Assembly (NCBI GenBank): GCA_043747615.1
Contig: JAYTOU010000003.1
Location: forward strand, 64,001-128,000
Source of the DNA: Myxococcales bacterium
Lineage (GTDB): Bacteria > Myxococcota_A > Polyangia > Polyangiales > Polyangiaceae
DNA: 64,000 nucleotides
Direction of reading: 5' to 3'
Shown piece by piece: positions 1 to 10,564 of the stretch. The position numbers and the translations under genes are program-made. The notes beneath the pieces were generated by a model, which saw only the letters and a list, made by a program, of their open reading frames with translations, had not been told where the DNA came from and did no database searches. Position 1 is the first letter of the stretch, and each line of letters starts with the position of its first letter.

Positions 1-408
1 GATCTCTTTTTGCGGCGCGTGTCCGAAGGGCGAAAGATGCCCGTGGAGAAGGTCGCGGCTTCCGCGGAGGGCCGCATTTTCACCGGTCGCGAGGGCAAGG
101 CCCGCGGTCTCGTCGATGAGCTCGGAGGCCTCTCAATGGCCATCGCCAAGGCACGTGAGCTCGCCAAGGTCGCCGACGACGCCGCCGTCGTGGTGATGGA
201 GAACAAGCCGAAGCTTTTCGACGCCCTCGGAGGCGGCGGGGGCCAGCAAGGCGAAAGCGCGGGCCCACTTTCGAGCCGTGCACCCTCGATCATCGACCTT
301 CTTGCCCGCGCCGCCCCTGACCTCGTTCCGTTCGTGGAAGGCCTCGGTCCGCTGGCCGAAGGGGAGCGGGGGGTCACTGCCCTGCCCTATGCCCTAAAAA
401 TCCGCTGA
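1..408 (+). CDS. sppA: Signal peptide peptidase SppA (protease IV), 3' part; starts upstream of the window
   Basis: Frame open from base 1; 'VSEGRKMP..V...AEGRIFTGREGKARGLVDELGGL..AI..ARELA' is the typical S49 peptidase C-terminal motif. Confidence 0.85.
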   Translation, partial: DLFLRRVSEGRKMPVEKVAASAEGRIFTGREGKARGLVDELGGLSMAIAKARELAKVADDAAVVVMENKPKLFDALGGGGGQQGESAGPLSSRAPSIIDLLARAAPDLVPFVEGLGPLAEGERGVTALPYALKIR

Positions 409-440
409 CGGGCTCGCGGCTCAGATAGATTGGGGGGACC

Positions 441-3400
441 GTGGAAGATCCCACACGTGAGGACCCGACGAACATCGACGGTGCTCTGGCGCGCGTCACT
501 CTGGCGCCGCCGGAGTGGACCGGTCGGACGCCCGTGCGAAAGGAGGAACGCGGGAGCGCACAGCCTGCGGCCATCAGCCGACGCACGGGCGCGAAGGCCG
601 AAGAAGCGGCGCTCCGTGCGGCGCTCGATGATGCGCGCGCCGATGTCAGCGTGGAAGACGAGCGGATCCTCTGCGTCGAGCTTGCGCGCTTCCTAGCCTC
701 ACGCGGCAGGGATCTCGACGAGGCAACTTCGCTCGCGCTGCGCGCCCTCCGCATGAACGACGGCGGGCTCACTTCGTTCGACGCGACGTGGTCGACGACC
801 TCGGACGCCGAGCTGCGACGCGAGCTCTCCAACTGGCTCGAGAGCCTTGGAGAGGCCGGCCTCGCCGCAGCGGTCCTCCGTCCGATCGTCGAGTCGACCG
901 GGGAACCGGCATTGGCTGCCGCTGTCCTCGTGCGCGTCGGGGTGTTGCATGCCCGTGCGGGTGACCCGTCTGGCGCCGGAGAAGCCTTCGAAGACGCGGC
1001 CCGTCTCGACCCAAGCGATGTCATCGCTCTCGAGCTTCGTGGGACGCTCGCGGCATGGGCGCCCGATGTCGTCACGTCGAGCTCGGCAGCGGTGTCGTAC
1101 GTGGATGCCGCGATTCGCCGGGGCGCTTCGAACGGCGACCCCGTGGAAGATCTTTTGCGCGCCTTCGAGGCCGATCCGATGAGCAGCGTGGCAACGTCCG
1201 AGCTCGCTTCGATCCTCAGCGCGCGCGGAAAAACAGGCGCGGCGGACGAATTCATGCGCGCCCACGGGCAGTCGTTCCGTGAGTCGGATCCCAAACGTGC
1301 GGCGCTGGTGCACGCCAGCCGACGAACGCAGGCGCTTGCCGCGGGCGACGTTCCGCGCGCACTCGGCGCGGCGTTCGACGAGCGCCTCGACGAAGTTTTC
1401 GAAGGTGAATCCGCGTCCGCGATGAACGAGCTCCTTCTTCGAGCTGGGCTCCATGAGCTGCTCGTGGCGCGACTCGAGGCGGCGGCGGAGCGCGCGCCAC
1501 GGGAGCAGCGGGGCCATCTCTACGAGGCGATAGCGCGCTTCTGTGCAGGCGCGCTCGCGCAGCCGGCACGCGCCGCTGCGAGCTACGTCGAAGTGGTCGC
1601 TGCGGATCCCGCGTCCGAGGAGGGGTTCGCGGCGCTGCGGGCCTACGCCGCCTCAAGTGGCGACGAAACGATGCTGGTCGAGGCGCTCGTCCGCGTTTCG
1701 CTGGCTCGGGGTGACGACTCCGACGCTGCCCGCTTGGTTAGCGCGCGGGCCCTCGAGTCGCTCGCTGAGGAGCGCTCACAAGCTGACCTCGCGGTTTTCG
1801 CAAGGGCCCAACGTGAACGGATCGAGCTCGGTCATCCGGCCGCGTCGAGCTCGGATCCGGATCCGGGTCACGCCCCGTCGATCTGGGTCAGCGCCCTCGT
1901 CGGCGAGGATTACACGGCACTTCGCCAGCTGGTGCGCGAGCGATTTCATCCTGCGCGACCCGTGGATCGTAAGTCCGAATCGCGTGCGTCGGCGCGTGTA
2001 ACCAGCGTGGCACTCGTCAACGCCGTCCTCGCGAGAGACGCCTTCACCTGCGCCGCCATGCTCGAGCAGATCGCCGATGCCACGACTCTGCAGCTTGGTT
2101 CCGTGCTCCTCGCGGTGGCCGCCGAGCGCTTCTGCGCCATCGGAGAGGACGCTCGCGGGCGCCACGTCGCCGAGCGCGCTTGCCAGGCCGACCCCACGCA
2201 CCCCCGGGCCGCGGCCACGCTCGCGTCGACGATCGCCGCGACGACTGATCGCATCACGGCCTCCGCGCTCGAACGCGCGATCTCGCTCGTTGGCGGCCGC
2301 GGTGAGTGGTGCGCGCGCCTCGCCGATGTGCTCGAGTTCCTCGGCGAGCTCGACTACGCGGTCGCGTGGACACAACGATACGTCGCGCTTCGCCCCGGTG
2401 ATCGCGCGGCTACCGAGATCTTGATCAATCGCGTGGTGCGCGCGAACGACGGAAAGCGCCTCGGCGACACGCTGGCTTGGGTTCTCTCCCAACCGCAACC
2501 CGCCGCGCCTCTTTCCGAGATCGTTGCGCTCGGACTGACCGAGCTTGCCGCGCTCGATCGCGATCGCGCCTTGATTGTAGGGCGCCGCGCACTCGATGTC
2601 TTCGGGCCACACAATCCGTCGCTGCGGTCGACGATCCTCGCCGCTGCCGATGCGGCCGACGACGATGGCCTCGCTACCGCGGTGATCGAGCGTTGGATCG
2701 CAGCGGGAGCCAAAGCGGACGAGCGCAAGGAGCTCTTCGTGTCCCTCGCGGACCGGCGAGCCAAGCGTGGCGATCACGAAGGCGAGGCGCGCGCGATCGT
2801 TCGTGCACTGCGCGCAGGCGCCGATCCGAGACCGCTCGAAGATCGGATCATCGCGCTGCGCAGTCATCCGCTGAGTGGCGACGGCGAGCTCGCCCAGGCC
2901 GAGTCGCGCGCGATCTGCCTCACGGCAAGCGGGGACACGGCTCAAGCCGCGCAATCGTGGCGAAACTTTGGTGCAGCGCTGTGGGATCTCGCAGGTGACC
3001 GGCGCGGCGCCGTGGCGGCCTGGCTGCGCGCCGCCGAGCTGGCCCCCAAACGCGGGTACTTCACGCTCGGAATGGACATCGCGAAATTTGCAGACTCACG
3101 CTTCGCGGTGACCTGTTTAAGCGACCTCGTGGTGAAGGAAAAAGATCGCGCGCGGGCAGGCGCGATCGCAGCGGAGGCGGCTCGGGCTGCGCTTGCGATC
3201 GGCGAGCCTCTCAAGGCTTTCGAGCTTGCGTCTCTCGCGCTCGAGCGAACGCCTGAGCACACCGACGCGCTCGAAATTGCCGAGCATGGCGCAGTGGGCG
3301 CCGGACAGCCCAAGGCGATGTCGGCCCTCTATGACGCGATGGGCAAGCGTGCCCTCGGCCGCTATGGGTGCCGCGCCGCGCATTACCGAGGTGCGCGTTT

Positions 3401-6400
3401 CTTCGAGCAGCATGGAGATCCGAAGCTCGCTCTGAAGCACGCGGCGAGCGCGTTCTCCGCCGTGCCTTCGGAGGGGGCGACCCTGGTGCTCCTGTCACGC
3501 ACGGCCGATCGCGCCGACGATCGCGCGTACGCGGTGCGCACGATCGAAGGGGTAGCGGACGTCGCGCGCTCTACCGGTGCACGTGCGGCTTGGCTTCTGC
3601 GCGCTGCGCAGGTAGCTGCGCCCGGTGGAGAAGGCGCACGCCAACGCGTCGACATTCTCCTGCGCGCTTCGCTCCTCGCGCCAGACCTCGCAACGCTGTT
3701 CCTCCTCGGAGATGCGGCGCGTCAGCTCATGCGCGACCTTCCCGAAGAGTCCGATGCTCTCGCCTTTCGGGTTGCGAATGCGAGCCGCATGCTCACGGCG
3801 AAGGTGGAAGGCCCCGACGGCGCGCGCGTGGCGATCGCTCTGGCCTCGCTCTCCCTCGAGCTCTTCGCCGACAACGAAGGTGCGCTCGCTGCCCTCTCCC
3901 GCGCGCTCGGAGCGGACGCCGATCTCGAAGAGTACGCCGCGCTGATCGTCCACGCCGAGGTGCTGACCGCCGCGGAGGGCATCACGGAGTTCTTGGATCA
4001 TGCAGTCGCGCTCATCGAGCGACCCTATTCGAACGTCGGAGTGGGGGCACTCAAGCTCCTCGCGAGGATCGCAGGTGCGCGCGGCGACTCGGCTCTAAAA
4101 GGTAAGCTGACGGTGTACGCGGCGGAGCGAGAGCCGGAGGACGCGGCCCTCGTCGTCGCGGCGGACGAAGCCGTGCAAGGCCTCGGCGATACCGCTCTCA
4201 CAGCACGACTCGACAAGAAGGTGCCACGCGACGAGCGCGCGGAGATCCTTCGCCTCTTTGCGCGGGAGCAAGCAGAAGACGAGGTGGCCCTGGCGGCCCT
4301 CGAGCGCGCGCTCGTCCTCGTCGCACCGGATGGACGCGAAGCTATCGAACGTGACATTCGGTCGATCTACGAGCGTGCCGGCCGCGGGGACGAGCTCGAA
4401 CGCCGTGCCCTGCGCGAAGCCAAGACCGCCGACATCCCCACCCAAACCCGCGCCGAGCGTTTCGTCGAGGTGGCTCAAATTCGAGAGGAGCGGCAAGAGC
4501 ATGCGGGTGCGGCCGAGGCCCTGCTCGAAGCCGCGCGGCTCGATCCGGAGCCGCTCACGCATTGGAGCGCGCTCGAGCGTGTCTCGGAGCTCGGCGGCCT
4601 CAACGAGTTCAGGGTCGTTGCGTTGAAAGCGATCGAAGCCCGGGTCGCGCCCGACGCCCGGCCCGCCGTGCTGCGCCGTCTTGCGCGGGCCCACGAGGAC
4701 GTAGGCGACGCCGAAGCCGCGACGGAAGCGCTCGAAAAGCTCCTCGCGATGGCCCCCGGCGACGACGACGCGGATCACGAGATCGAGGCTCTGATCGTCG
4801 CTCGCGGCGACTACGCAAAGCTCGTTCAACACCTTGCCCGCCGCGCAGATCGCCTCTCGCTCCCGCCCAACGACGATCGTGATTCGGTGCGCGCTCTTTG
4901 CCTGCGGCGCGCGGCGATCCTCGAGCAGCGCCTCGGCTTGGTCGCGGAGGCGTGCAGCGAGCTCGAGCGGCTTCGCGAGGAGTGGCCAGACAACGAGAGC
5001 GTGCTCCGCTATCTGGCCGATTTGTACGAGCGCTCGGGACAGATGGATCTCGCGGGGAGCATCTGGCGGCACCTGTCGGGGCTTGCGCAAGGGCCGGAGA
5101 CACAGAGCAACCTGGAGCTGCGCGCCGCGTTCGCTCTCCGCGATGCCCGAGATTTTCCTGCCGCGTTCATGATGGTGAAGGAGCTCCTCGGTCACGGTCG
5201 CCGCGACCCGCCGGTGCTCGAGCTGTGGGCCGATCTCGCGCGTGCGCTCATGGATGATCGCGAGCTCGGTAATGCGCTCGAAGCGCGTGCTCAGCACACC
5301 GACGCGGACGCGCACGCGCGCGCCGAGCTCTGGGTGGAGGCCGCTCAGGCTGCGGCGCGCATTGGAGAGACAGCCATCTCGCTCGCGCGCGCACAGCAGG
5401 CCGCAGAGGTCGAGCCAGGCCGCGCATCGACGCAGCTCTTCGCGCGGGGCCTCGAATACAGGGTTCGCGGAGCAGGCGCTCTCGAGGAAGCGCAGCACAC
5501 GATCGATCAGCTCTCGGGGATCGACGGAACGCTCGACGCGGAGGACGCGTCGCTGCGTACGTTCCTCATCGCAGAGGCGCTGACCGTCGTCGGCGCAGGC
5601 GACACCTCGCTCACGAAGCTCACCGAAGCGTACGCCGAGCTCGGCGCGCAGCCGCTCATCGCCCTCGGGATGGCGGAGCGTCTCATCTCCGCGAACCGTT
5701 TCTCGGCGGCGGTTCCCTTCTTCCAGGCTGCTCTCGACGGCAACCTTCTCGGATTTCGTTCACGCGGAGTGGTGGCCCTCGCCGGTGCCGACGCGGCGGT
5801 CCGCTGCGATCAAACGTCCGTGGCGCTGCGCATGCTCGACGAGGCGACGTTCGACGACGACACGCGGATCACGGCCCTCAAGCGGACGGCCCATCTCGCC
5901 GCGTCTCTCGGCGACGTCGTGCGGTCGCGCGCGGTCCTCATGGAAATCGCGCGCTCCGGGAACACCGAGGACCGCGCCGTGACCCTCGCCCAGCTCGGAC
6001 GCATGCTGTACGGATCGGGCGACACGCGCGATCACGTGGAAGCAGAGCGCGCGTTCTTGGAGGCCATCGATGCCGCGCCTGTGGAAAGCGTCCTGCACGC
6101 GCAGCTGATGGCCGAGCTCGCCACCCTCCGCGGTCGCGCGTCGCTCTATCCCCCGATCTCGGAGCCGCCTCCGGCCGATGCGACGAAGCCCTCAGCGCAG
6201 AGTCCGGCGTACGCCAAGGGAGCGTTTGGCCAGATCCGGGAAATCGCTGACTTCGAGCTCTCCGTCCGCAACGCGCCGGGAAAAGACGAACGGATCCAGG
6301 CCCGCCGCGCCTTGGCTCGCGCGCACGCCGAACGAGGCGCTACGCAGGCTGCCGAGGCCGTGCTCTGGGAGGCCCTCGGAGAAGGCTCGGTCGAAGCGGG

Positions 6401-7502
6401 CGACGATCTCGCGATCATCCTCGAAGGGAGCGATGCGCGGACGTCGGATCTCCTTCGCGCCCGCCAAATGCAAGCAGATCTCGTCCCGGGAGCACTTCGG
6501 CGATTGGAAGCTCTACGCGAGGCGGCTCTCGCCGATCACAACACCGCCTACGCCCGCGCCGTCGAGCATGTCACGCGTGCACTCGACCCAGGCGCCGGGC
6601 CGCTTCCTCCGCCGCCGCTCGCGGCGCAGAGCCATCAGCCGGGGATGCTCGCCGTCCTGACGCGACCATCGCAGGGGCCGATGTTCGAAGCCCTGTCGCT
6701 CGTGTGGGAGGCCGGACAGACGCTCTTCGCGCGCGATCCGGAGGAGTACACGCGGCCTGCCCCTGGAGGCGGAGCGGGGGCGGAGCAGGTCCTCGCGGGG
6801 GGAACGTCGCGGCTCTCGCGCCTCTACGAAGTGTCGACGAAGCTCCTCGAGACTCCGAAGATTCCCCTCTACTTGCAGAAGGGAACGGCGCGGCCCGCGG
6901 TGCAACTCGCGCTAGTCGCGCCTCCCTCGGCGCTTGTCGTTGGAGACGTACGCGAAGAGTCTCCGAGCTTGCGGTACGCGCTCGGTCAGGCGCTATCGGC
7001 GGCGCTGCCACAAAACGTTCTCCTGATGGGACTGCCTGAGCGCGACGGCCGGAGCATGTGGCGCGCAGTGCTCGGCGCGTTCGGTCCGCCGGGCTTCGGG
7101 CGTGAGCTCGATCTCGCGAGTGGGCGCCTCGCTGAATCGTTCTGGCAGTCTTTTCCGTCGAAGACCCAGCGCCGCTTGCAGGAGCTCCTGCGCGATGCGG
7201 TGGTCACTCAGTACGACGCGCTCGTCGAAGGGGCGCGGCAGAGCAGTCGGCGAACGGGCCTATTTTTGTCGGGTGATTTCAATCTCGCGGTGCGCAAAGT
7301 GCTCGACGAGCTCGACGTCCTCGATGCTCCGGCTCTGATCTCCGAGCTCGGTGTCGAGGGGTTGTGCGCGCGGTTCGGAGCGATCGCGGATCTCTTGCGC
7401 CTGGCGGCGAGCGCGGAGTACGCGGATGCGCGGTGGAGGCCACTGCCCCCCGCTTCGCAGCGCGGAAACTTGCTCCCGTCAGGCCGGTATAAATTCTCGT
7501 GA
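441..7502 (+). CDS. Giant (2353 aa) TPR-like alpha-solenoid protein
   Basis: Uninterrupted 7-kb ORF, Ala/Leu/Glu/Arg-rich, with recurring TPR-like turns (AARLDP, AFEADP, LAMAPGD, AAEVEPG); no signal peptide. Confidence 0.8.
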   Translation: MEDPTREDPTNIDGALARVTLAPPEWTGRTPVRKEERGSAQPAAISRRTGAKAEEAALRAALDDARADVSVEDERILCVELARFLASRGRDLDEATSLALRALRMNDGGLTSFDATWSTTSDAELRRELSNWLESLGEAGLAAAVLRPIVESTGEPALAAAVLVRVGVLHARAGDPSGAGEAFEDAARLDPSDVIALELRGTLAAWAPDVVTSSSAAVSYVDAAIRRGASNGDPVEDLLRAFEADPMSSVATSELASILSARGKTGAADEFMRAHGQSFRESDPKRAALVHASRRTQALAAGDVPRALGAAFDERLDEVFEGESASAMNELLLRAGLHELLVARLEAAAERAPREQRGHLYEAIARFCAGALAQPARAAASYVEVVAADPASEEGFAALRAYAASSGDETMLVEALVRVSLARGDDSDAARLVSARALESLAEERSQADLAVFARAQRERIELGHPAASSSDPDPGHAPSIWVSALVGEDYTALRQLVRERFHPARPVDRKSESRASARVTSVALVNAVLARDAFTCAAMLEQIADATTLQLGSVLLAVAAERFCAIGEDARGRHVAERACQADPTHPRAAATLASTIAATTDRITASALERAISLVGGRGEWCARLADVLEFLGELDYAVAWTQRYVALRPGDRAATEILINRVVRANDGKRLGDTLAWVLSQPQPAAPLSEIVALGLTELAALDRDRALIVGRRALDVFGPHNPSLRSTILAAADAADDDGLATAVIERWIAAGAKADERKELFVSLADRRAKRGDHEGEARAIVRALRAGADPRPLEDRIIALRSHPLSGDGELAQAESRAICLTASGDTAQAAQSWRNFGAALWDLAGDRRGAVAAWLRAAELAPKRGYFTLGMDIAKFADSRFAVTCLSDLVVKEKDRARAGAIAAEAARAALAIGEPLKAFELASLALERTPEHTDALEIAEHGAVGAGQPKAMSALYDAMGKRALGRYGCRAAHYRGARFFEQHGDPKLALKHAASAFSAVPSEGATLVLLSRTADRADDRAYAVRTIEGVADVARSTGARAAWLLRAAQVAAPGGEGARQRVDILLRASLLAPDLATLFLLGDAARQLMRDLPEESDALAFRVANASRMLTAKVEGPDGARVAIALASLSLELFADNEGALAALSRALGADADLEEYAALIVHAEVLTAAEGITEFLDHAVALIERPYSNVGVGALKLLARIAGARGDSALKGKLTVYAAEREPEDAALVVAADEAVQGLGDTALTARLDKKVPRDERAEILRLFAREQAEDEVALAALERALVLVAPDGREAIERDIRSIYERAGRGDELERRALREAKTADIPTQTRAERFVEVAQIREERQEHAGAAEALLEAARLDPEPLTHWSALERVSELGGLNEFRVVALKAIEARVAPDARPAVLRRLARAHEDVGDAEAATEALEKLLAMAPGDDDADHEIEALIVARGDYAKLVQHLARRADRLSLPPNDDRDSVRALCLRRAAILEQRLGLVAEACSELERLREEWPDNESVLRYLADLYERSGQMDLAGSIWRHLSGLAQGPETQSNLELRAAFALRDARDFPAAFMMVKELLGHGRRDPPVLELWADLARALMDDRELGNALEARAQHTDADAHARAELWVEAAQAAARIGETAISLARAQQAAEVEPGRASTQLFARGLEYRVRGAGALEEAQHTIDQLSGIDGTLDAEDASLRTFLIAEALTVVGAGDTSLTKLTEAYAELGAQPLIALGMAERLISANRFSAAVPFFQAALDGNLLGFRSRGVVALAGADAAVRCDQTSVALRMLDEATFDDDTRITALKRTAHLAASLGDVVRSRAVLMEIARSGNTEDRAVTLAQLGRMLYGSGDTRDHVEAERAFLEAIDAAPVESVLHAQLMAELATLRGRASLYPPISEPPPADATKPSAQSPAYAKGAFGQIREIADFELSVRNAPGKDERIQARRALARAHAERGATQAAEAVLWEALGEGSVEAGDDLAIILEGSDARTSDLLRARQMQADLVPGALRRLEALREAALADHNTAYARAVEHVTRALDPGAGPLPPPPLAAQSHQPGMLAVLTRPSQGPMFEALSLVWEAGQTLFARDPEEYTRPAPGGGAGAEQVLAGGTSRLSRLYEVSTKLLETPKIPLYLQKGTARPAVQLALVAPPSALVVGDVREESPSLRYALGQALSAALPQNVLLMGLPERDGRSMWRAVLGAFGPPGFGRELDLASGRLAESFWQSFPSKTQRRLQELLRDAVVTQYDALVEGARQSSRRTGLFLSGDFNLAVRKVLDELDVLDAPALISELGVEGLCARFGAIADLLRLAASAEYADARWRPLPPASQRGNLLPSGRYKFS

Positions 7503-7507
7503 CTCGG

Positions 7508-8068
7508 ATGCGCGCGGCACATCGGGCTCGGTTCGGCGCGAGTATCGCTGGCACCTGTCTCGGGTTGTCGGCGCTCGCGTCGTGCATCCTCGCCGACCCA
7601 CCGCCCGAGCTACCGAAACCACCGGCGCGCCATCCGAACATCGTGCATGCCGCGGTGACGCCCCCTGCCGATCGCCCCATCGGCGAGCTTCCCCCGAACG
7701 GGTTCATCGTCCCCGTCGAGCTTCCCGATCCCACGCGTACGTTCGAATGGCGCCTCTTCGTCGACTTCGACGAGGTCAGAAATCCATCGCCCGTGCGGAG
7801 CGGCGCTGGCGGCGGAACGGTTGGCTCCGCGGACAAGCAGTACGTCCCGTTCTCGGTCGACGGGCTCGCGCCCGGCTGTCATCGCATCGAGTTCATCGTG
7901 GCGCTGCACTTCGATCCGTCCATCGCGCATGCCGCCGACGCAACCGGATCCGATTCCGTGACCTGGTTCTTCACGCCGTCGGGGAGTCTCGCCGGGTGCA
8001 CGACCTACGATGCAGGCCCCGGCGGTCCCGGGAACGGCGCATTTCCCGACGCGGGGGATGGAGGATGA
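7508..8068 (+). CDS. Putative lipoprotein, unknown function
   Basis: Signal peptide ending in lipobox LASC; alternative GTG start at 7499 overlaps the upstream stop (GTGA). Confidence 0.7.
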   Translation: MRAAHRARFGASIAGTCLGLSALASCILADPPPELPKPPARHPNIVHAAVTPPADRPIGELPPNGFIVPVELPDPTRTFEWRLFVDFDEVRNPSPVRSGAGGGTVGSADKQYVPFSVDGLAPGCHRIEFIVALHFDPSIAHAADATGSDSVTWFFTPSGSLAGCTTYDAGPGGPGNGAFPDAGDGG

Positions 8069-9945
8069 GTGGCGCGCGCATGCTGGCCGTGACCGCGCTC
8101 ATCGTGGGCTGCAGCTCCGACGCGGGCGAGAATCCAGGCATCGCTCCTCCCGTCAACACGTGCGGAGAGGAGCTCGGAGCGTGCGCTCAGTACGTTGGGC
8201 AAAAAGGCCCGGCGCCCGCGTGTGAAACGATCCTCCCGAACGGCGTGCAAGGATTGCATGAGTGTCACATCAGCGCGACGATCGCCTACAAGCTGGTCGT
8301 GTCGCTTCCCGAGGACGCTCGATTTGCGCCGGGGTCGAGCTTCGCGATGACTTCACTCGATCTGTCCAAGCGCTCTGTCATTGGACCGAGCTGCGACCTC
8401 ACCAAGGGCGCGCGCTGCGTCCGTCTCCCGCCGGTCGGGCGCGGCGTGGGCTCGTACGGAGCGCTCCCGACGACGCAACACCAGGTCAATTGGTACTTGG
8501 GACCGGCGACGTCCTCGCCGTCGATGCCGGTGCACGCCACCTTCCGGCCGCTCGTCCCGGGATCGCAGACCGTTCGCGCCGAAGAAGAGGGGCTCGACAT
8601 GCCCTCGATTTTTGCAGACGTCACCTCCGAGCTTCCTATTTTTCCGCTTCCTCCGGGCCCGCTTGGGACAGCGCCCATCGGCTTCGTGACGCCTCTCGCG
8701 TTCGGTCTGTACGAGCGGACCATTCAGCCCGACCCGCCGTTCGACACCGCGTATCCGCCTCTCATCTCGGTGGTGGGGATCGACGGAGAAAAGTTCGACG
8801 GCGTCGTGCTCGGCGGCGCTGCCGGTCCGTACAGCCTCGACGTTCCGTCGGCGTCGTGCACCGCGTCGCAGTGTTTCACGGTGACGCCACCCGGTGGGAA
8901 GGTCCTCGATGGATGGTCGGTCTTCCTCCGCGACAGCATCACGAAACGCCATATTTCCACGGTGACGCGTCTCGCGAACGGCGGAAGTGACGTTCGCCTG
9001 TTCACCGTGCAGCATCCAGATCTGCTCCTCGTGGATCTCGTCGTCGCCCCGCCTCCGGAGCTCGCCGCGTCGCCGACCATGGTGATCTCGACGGGTACCG
9101 TCGGTGCGCTCGCGAGAATTCAGGTCTACCCGACCATACCGGAGTCCGCGGTCTACTCGGCGCGCGTCGTCTCACCAGAGGGCAACGGAGTTCCGTCGCG
9201 GGTCTTCCTCTTCAGCGACAAGATCGACGTCTGTGATCCCGATTGCGCGTCCGCGGCGCCGGGCAACAAGCTCACATTCGAGACCCAGGCAGTGACCGAC
9301 CCGGACGGCCGCTTCGAGGTCCGCGTTCCGCCGGGCACCTACGAAGTGGCGACCATTCCGGACGTGCAAACCGGCTTCGCGATCGCCATCGCACAGCGTC
9401 AGGCGGGGCAAGGCTCTTCGCTCGGCGGAAGCATCCCGGTGCTCCCGCGCGCATCGATGAACGGGATCGCGGTGCTCACCGACGGACGCCCGCTCGCCGG
9501 CGCAGACGTCGAAGCGCGCGCGACCGCCCAACCCCAGAGCTCGAGCAGTCACTTCGCGCGACTGGTTCGTTTCGGTCGCGCCAAGACGGACGCCAATGGA
9601 TTTTTCGCGCTGCCGCTCGACCCTGGTTACTACGACGTCACCGTGAAGCCGGCGGCAAGCACGCGCTTTCCCTGGATTGTGGTTCCGGCGCTTCTCGTGC
9701 AGCCGAGCAACGTGCCCATCGAACTGCGCCCCCTCGACTTTGCCATCCCTGTGCCCATCAACGAGTCGTTCACCCTGCTCGACGGCTCGCCGTCCCAGAC
9801 GCCGATTCGAGGGGCGCTCGTACGCGCGTACGCTTGCCGCGGACAGTGCGACCCGAGCCAAAAAACCGTGGATGTCGAGATCGGCCGCGCCTACACGGAC
9901 CTAGACGGGCACTACGAGATGTTCCTGGCCGAACAGCAGCAGTGA
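8065..9945 (+). CDS. Putative lipoprotein with carboxypeptidase-regulatory-like (beta-sandwich) repeats
   Basis: ATG at 8065 overlaps upstream TGA (ATGA); lipobox IVGC; three repeats TDPDGRFEVRVPPGTYEV / TDANGFFALPLDPGYYDV / TDLDGHYEM. Confidence 0.8.
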   Translation: MSGARMLAVTALIVGCSSDAGENPGIAPPVNTCGEELGACAQYVGQKGPAPACETILPNGVQGLHECHISATIAYKLVVSLPEDARFAPGSSFAMTSLDLSKRSVIGPSCDLTKGARCVRLPPVGRGVGSYGALPTTQHQVNWYLGPATSSPSMPVHATFRPLVPGSQTVRAEEEGLDMPSIFADVTSELPIFPLPPGPLGTAPIGFVTPLAFGLYERTIQPDPPFDTAYPPLISVVGIDGEKFDGVVLGGAAGPYSLDVPSASCTASQCFTVTPPGGKVLDGWSVFLRDSITKRHISTVTRLANGGSDVRLFTVQHPDLLLVDLVVAPPPELAASPTMVISTGTVGALARIQVYPTIPESAVYSARVVSPEGNGVPSRVFLFSDKIDVCDPDCASAAPGNKLTFETQAVTDPDGRFEVRVPPGTYEVATIPDVQTGFAIAIAQRQAGQGSSLGGSIPVLPRASMNGIAVLTDGRPLAGADVEARATAQPQSSSSHFARLVRFGRAKTDANGFFALPLDPGYYDVTVKPAASTRFPWIVVPALLVQPSNVPIELRPLDFAIPVPINESFTLLDGSPSQTPIRGALVRAYACRGQCDPSQKTVDVEIGRAYTDLDGHYEMFLAEQQQ

Positions 9946-9957
9946 GGTGGTAGTCTG

Positions 9958-10554
9958 ATGCTCGAGCAGGCCATGTTGAAAGAAGAGCAAATCTCCTTAC
10001 TCGCCAAGGTTGCGCGCACGCCCGCTCGTTCGCGAGAGGGAAGCAGCGATACCGCTGGCCCCGATTCGAGCTCGATCCTGTCGCTCGCAGCCGCCTCCTA
10101 CGGGGCGCGACCGGACGGCGACGCGACGGTACCGACGGGGTTCGATCCGGTAGCCGTGGCGCTCTTCGAGGCGATCGTCGAAGCGGCTTACCTCGTCGCG
10201 GCCTCCGACGGAGTGGTCGACGCCGAGGAGCGCCAAGCCTTCGAGCGCGTGGTTTCTGCGGCCTGTGGCGGCGCCGTCGCTCCGAAGCACGTCGCCGATC
10301 TCGTGGCCGATCTCGTCGGTCAGCTGGAAGAGGACGGAATGGATCGCCGCATTCAGGCGGTCGGCGCGCTCATCACGAAGAGGAGCCACGCTGAAGAGGT
10401 GCTGCGCATCGCGGCCCTCCTCGCGCAAGCCAGTGACAGCGTCAGCGAGGTCGAGCGACAGACGCTCGTGCGCATCGCCGAGGTTTGCAAGCTCGAGCCC
10501 GCCGACGTCGACACCGCGCTCCGCGAAGTCCAAGCCGCCCTCGCCGTCGCCTGA
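9958..10554 (+). CDS. TerB-family (tellurite-resistance-like) protein
   Basis: 'YLVAASDGVVDAEERQAF' and 'QASDSVSEVERQTLVRIAEVC' TerB-type paired motifs. Confidence 0.8.
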   Translation: MLEQAMLKEEQISLLAKVARTPARSREGSSDTAGPDSSSILSLAAASYGARPDGDATVPTGFDPVAVALFEAIVEAAYLVAASDGVVDAEERQAFERVVSAACGGAVAPKHVADLVADLVGQLEEDGMDRRIQAVGALITKRSHAEEVLRIAALLAQASDSVSEVERQTLVRIAEVCKLEPADVDTALREVQAALAVA

Positions 10555-10564
10555 CGACTCCGCG

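Noticed and set aside
7351..8064. N-terminal extension of the 864-aa ORF
   Set aside because: Overlaps two other genes; the signal peptide and ATGA coupling place the start at 8065
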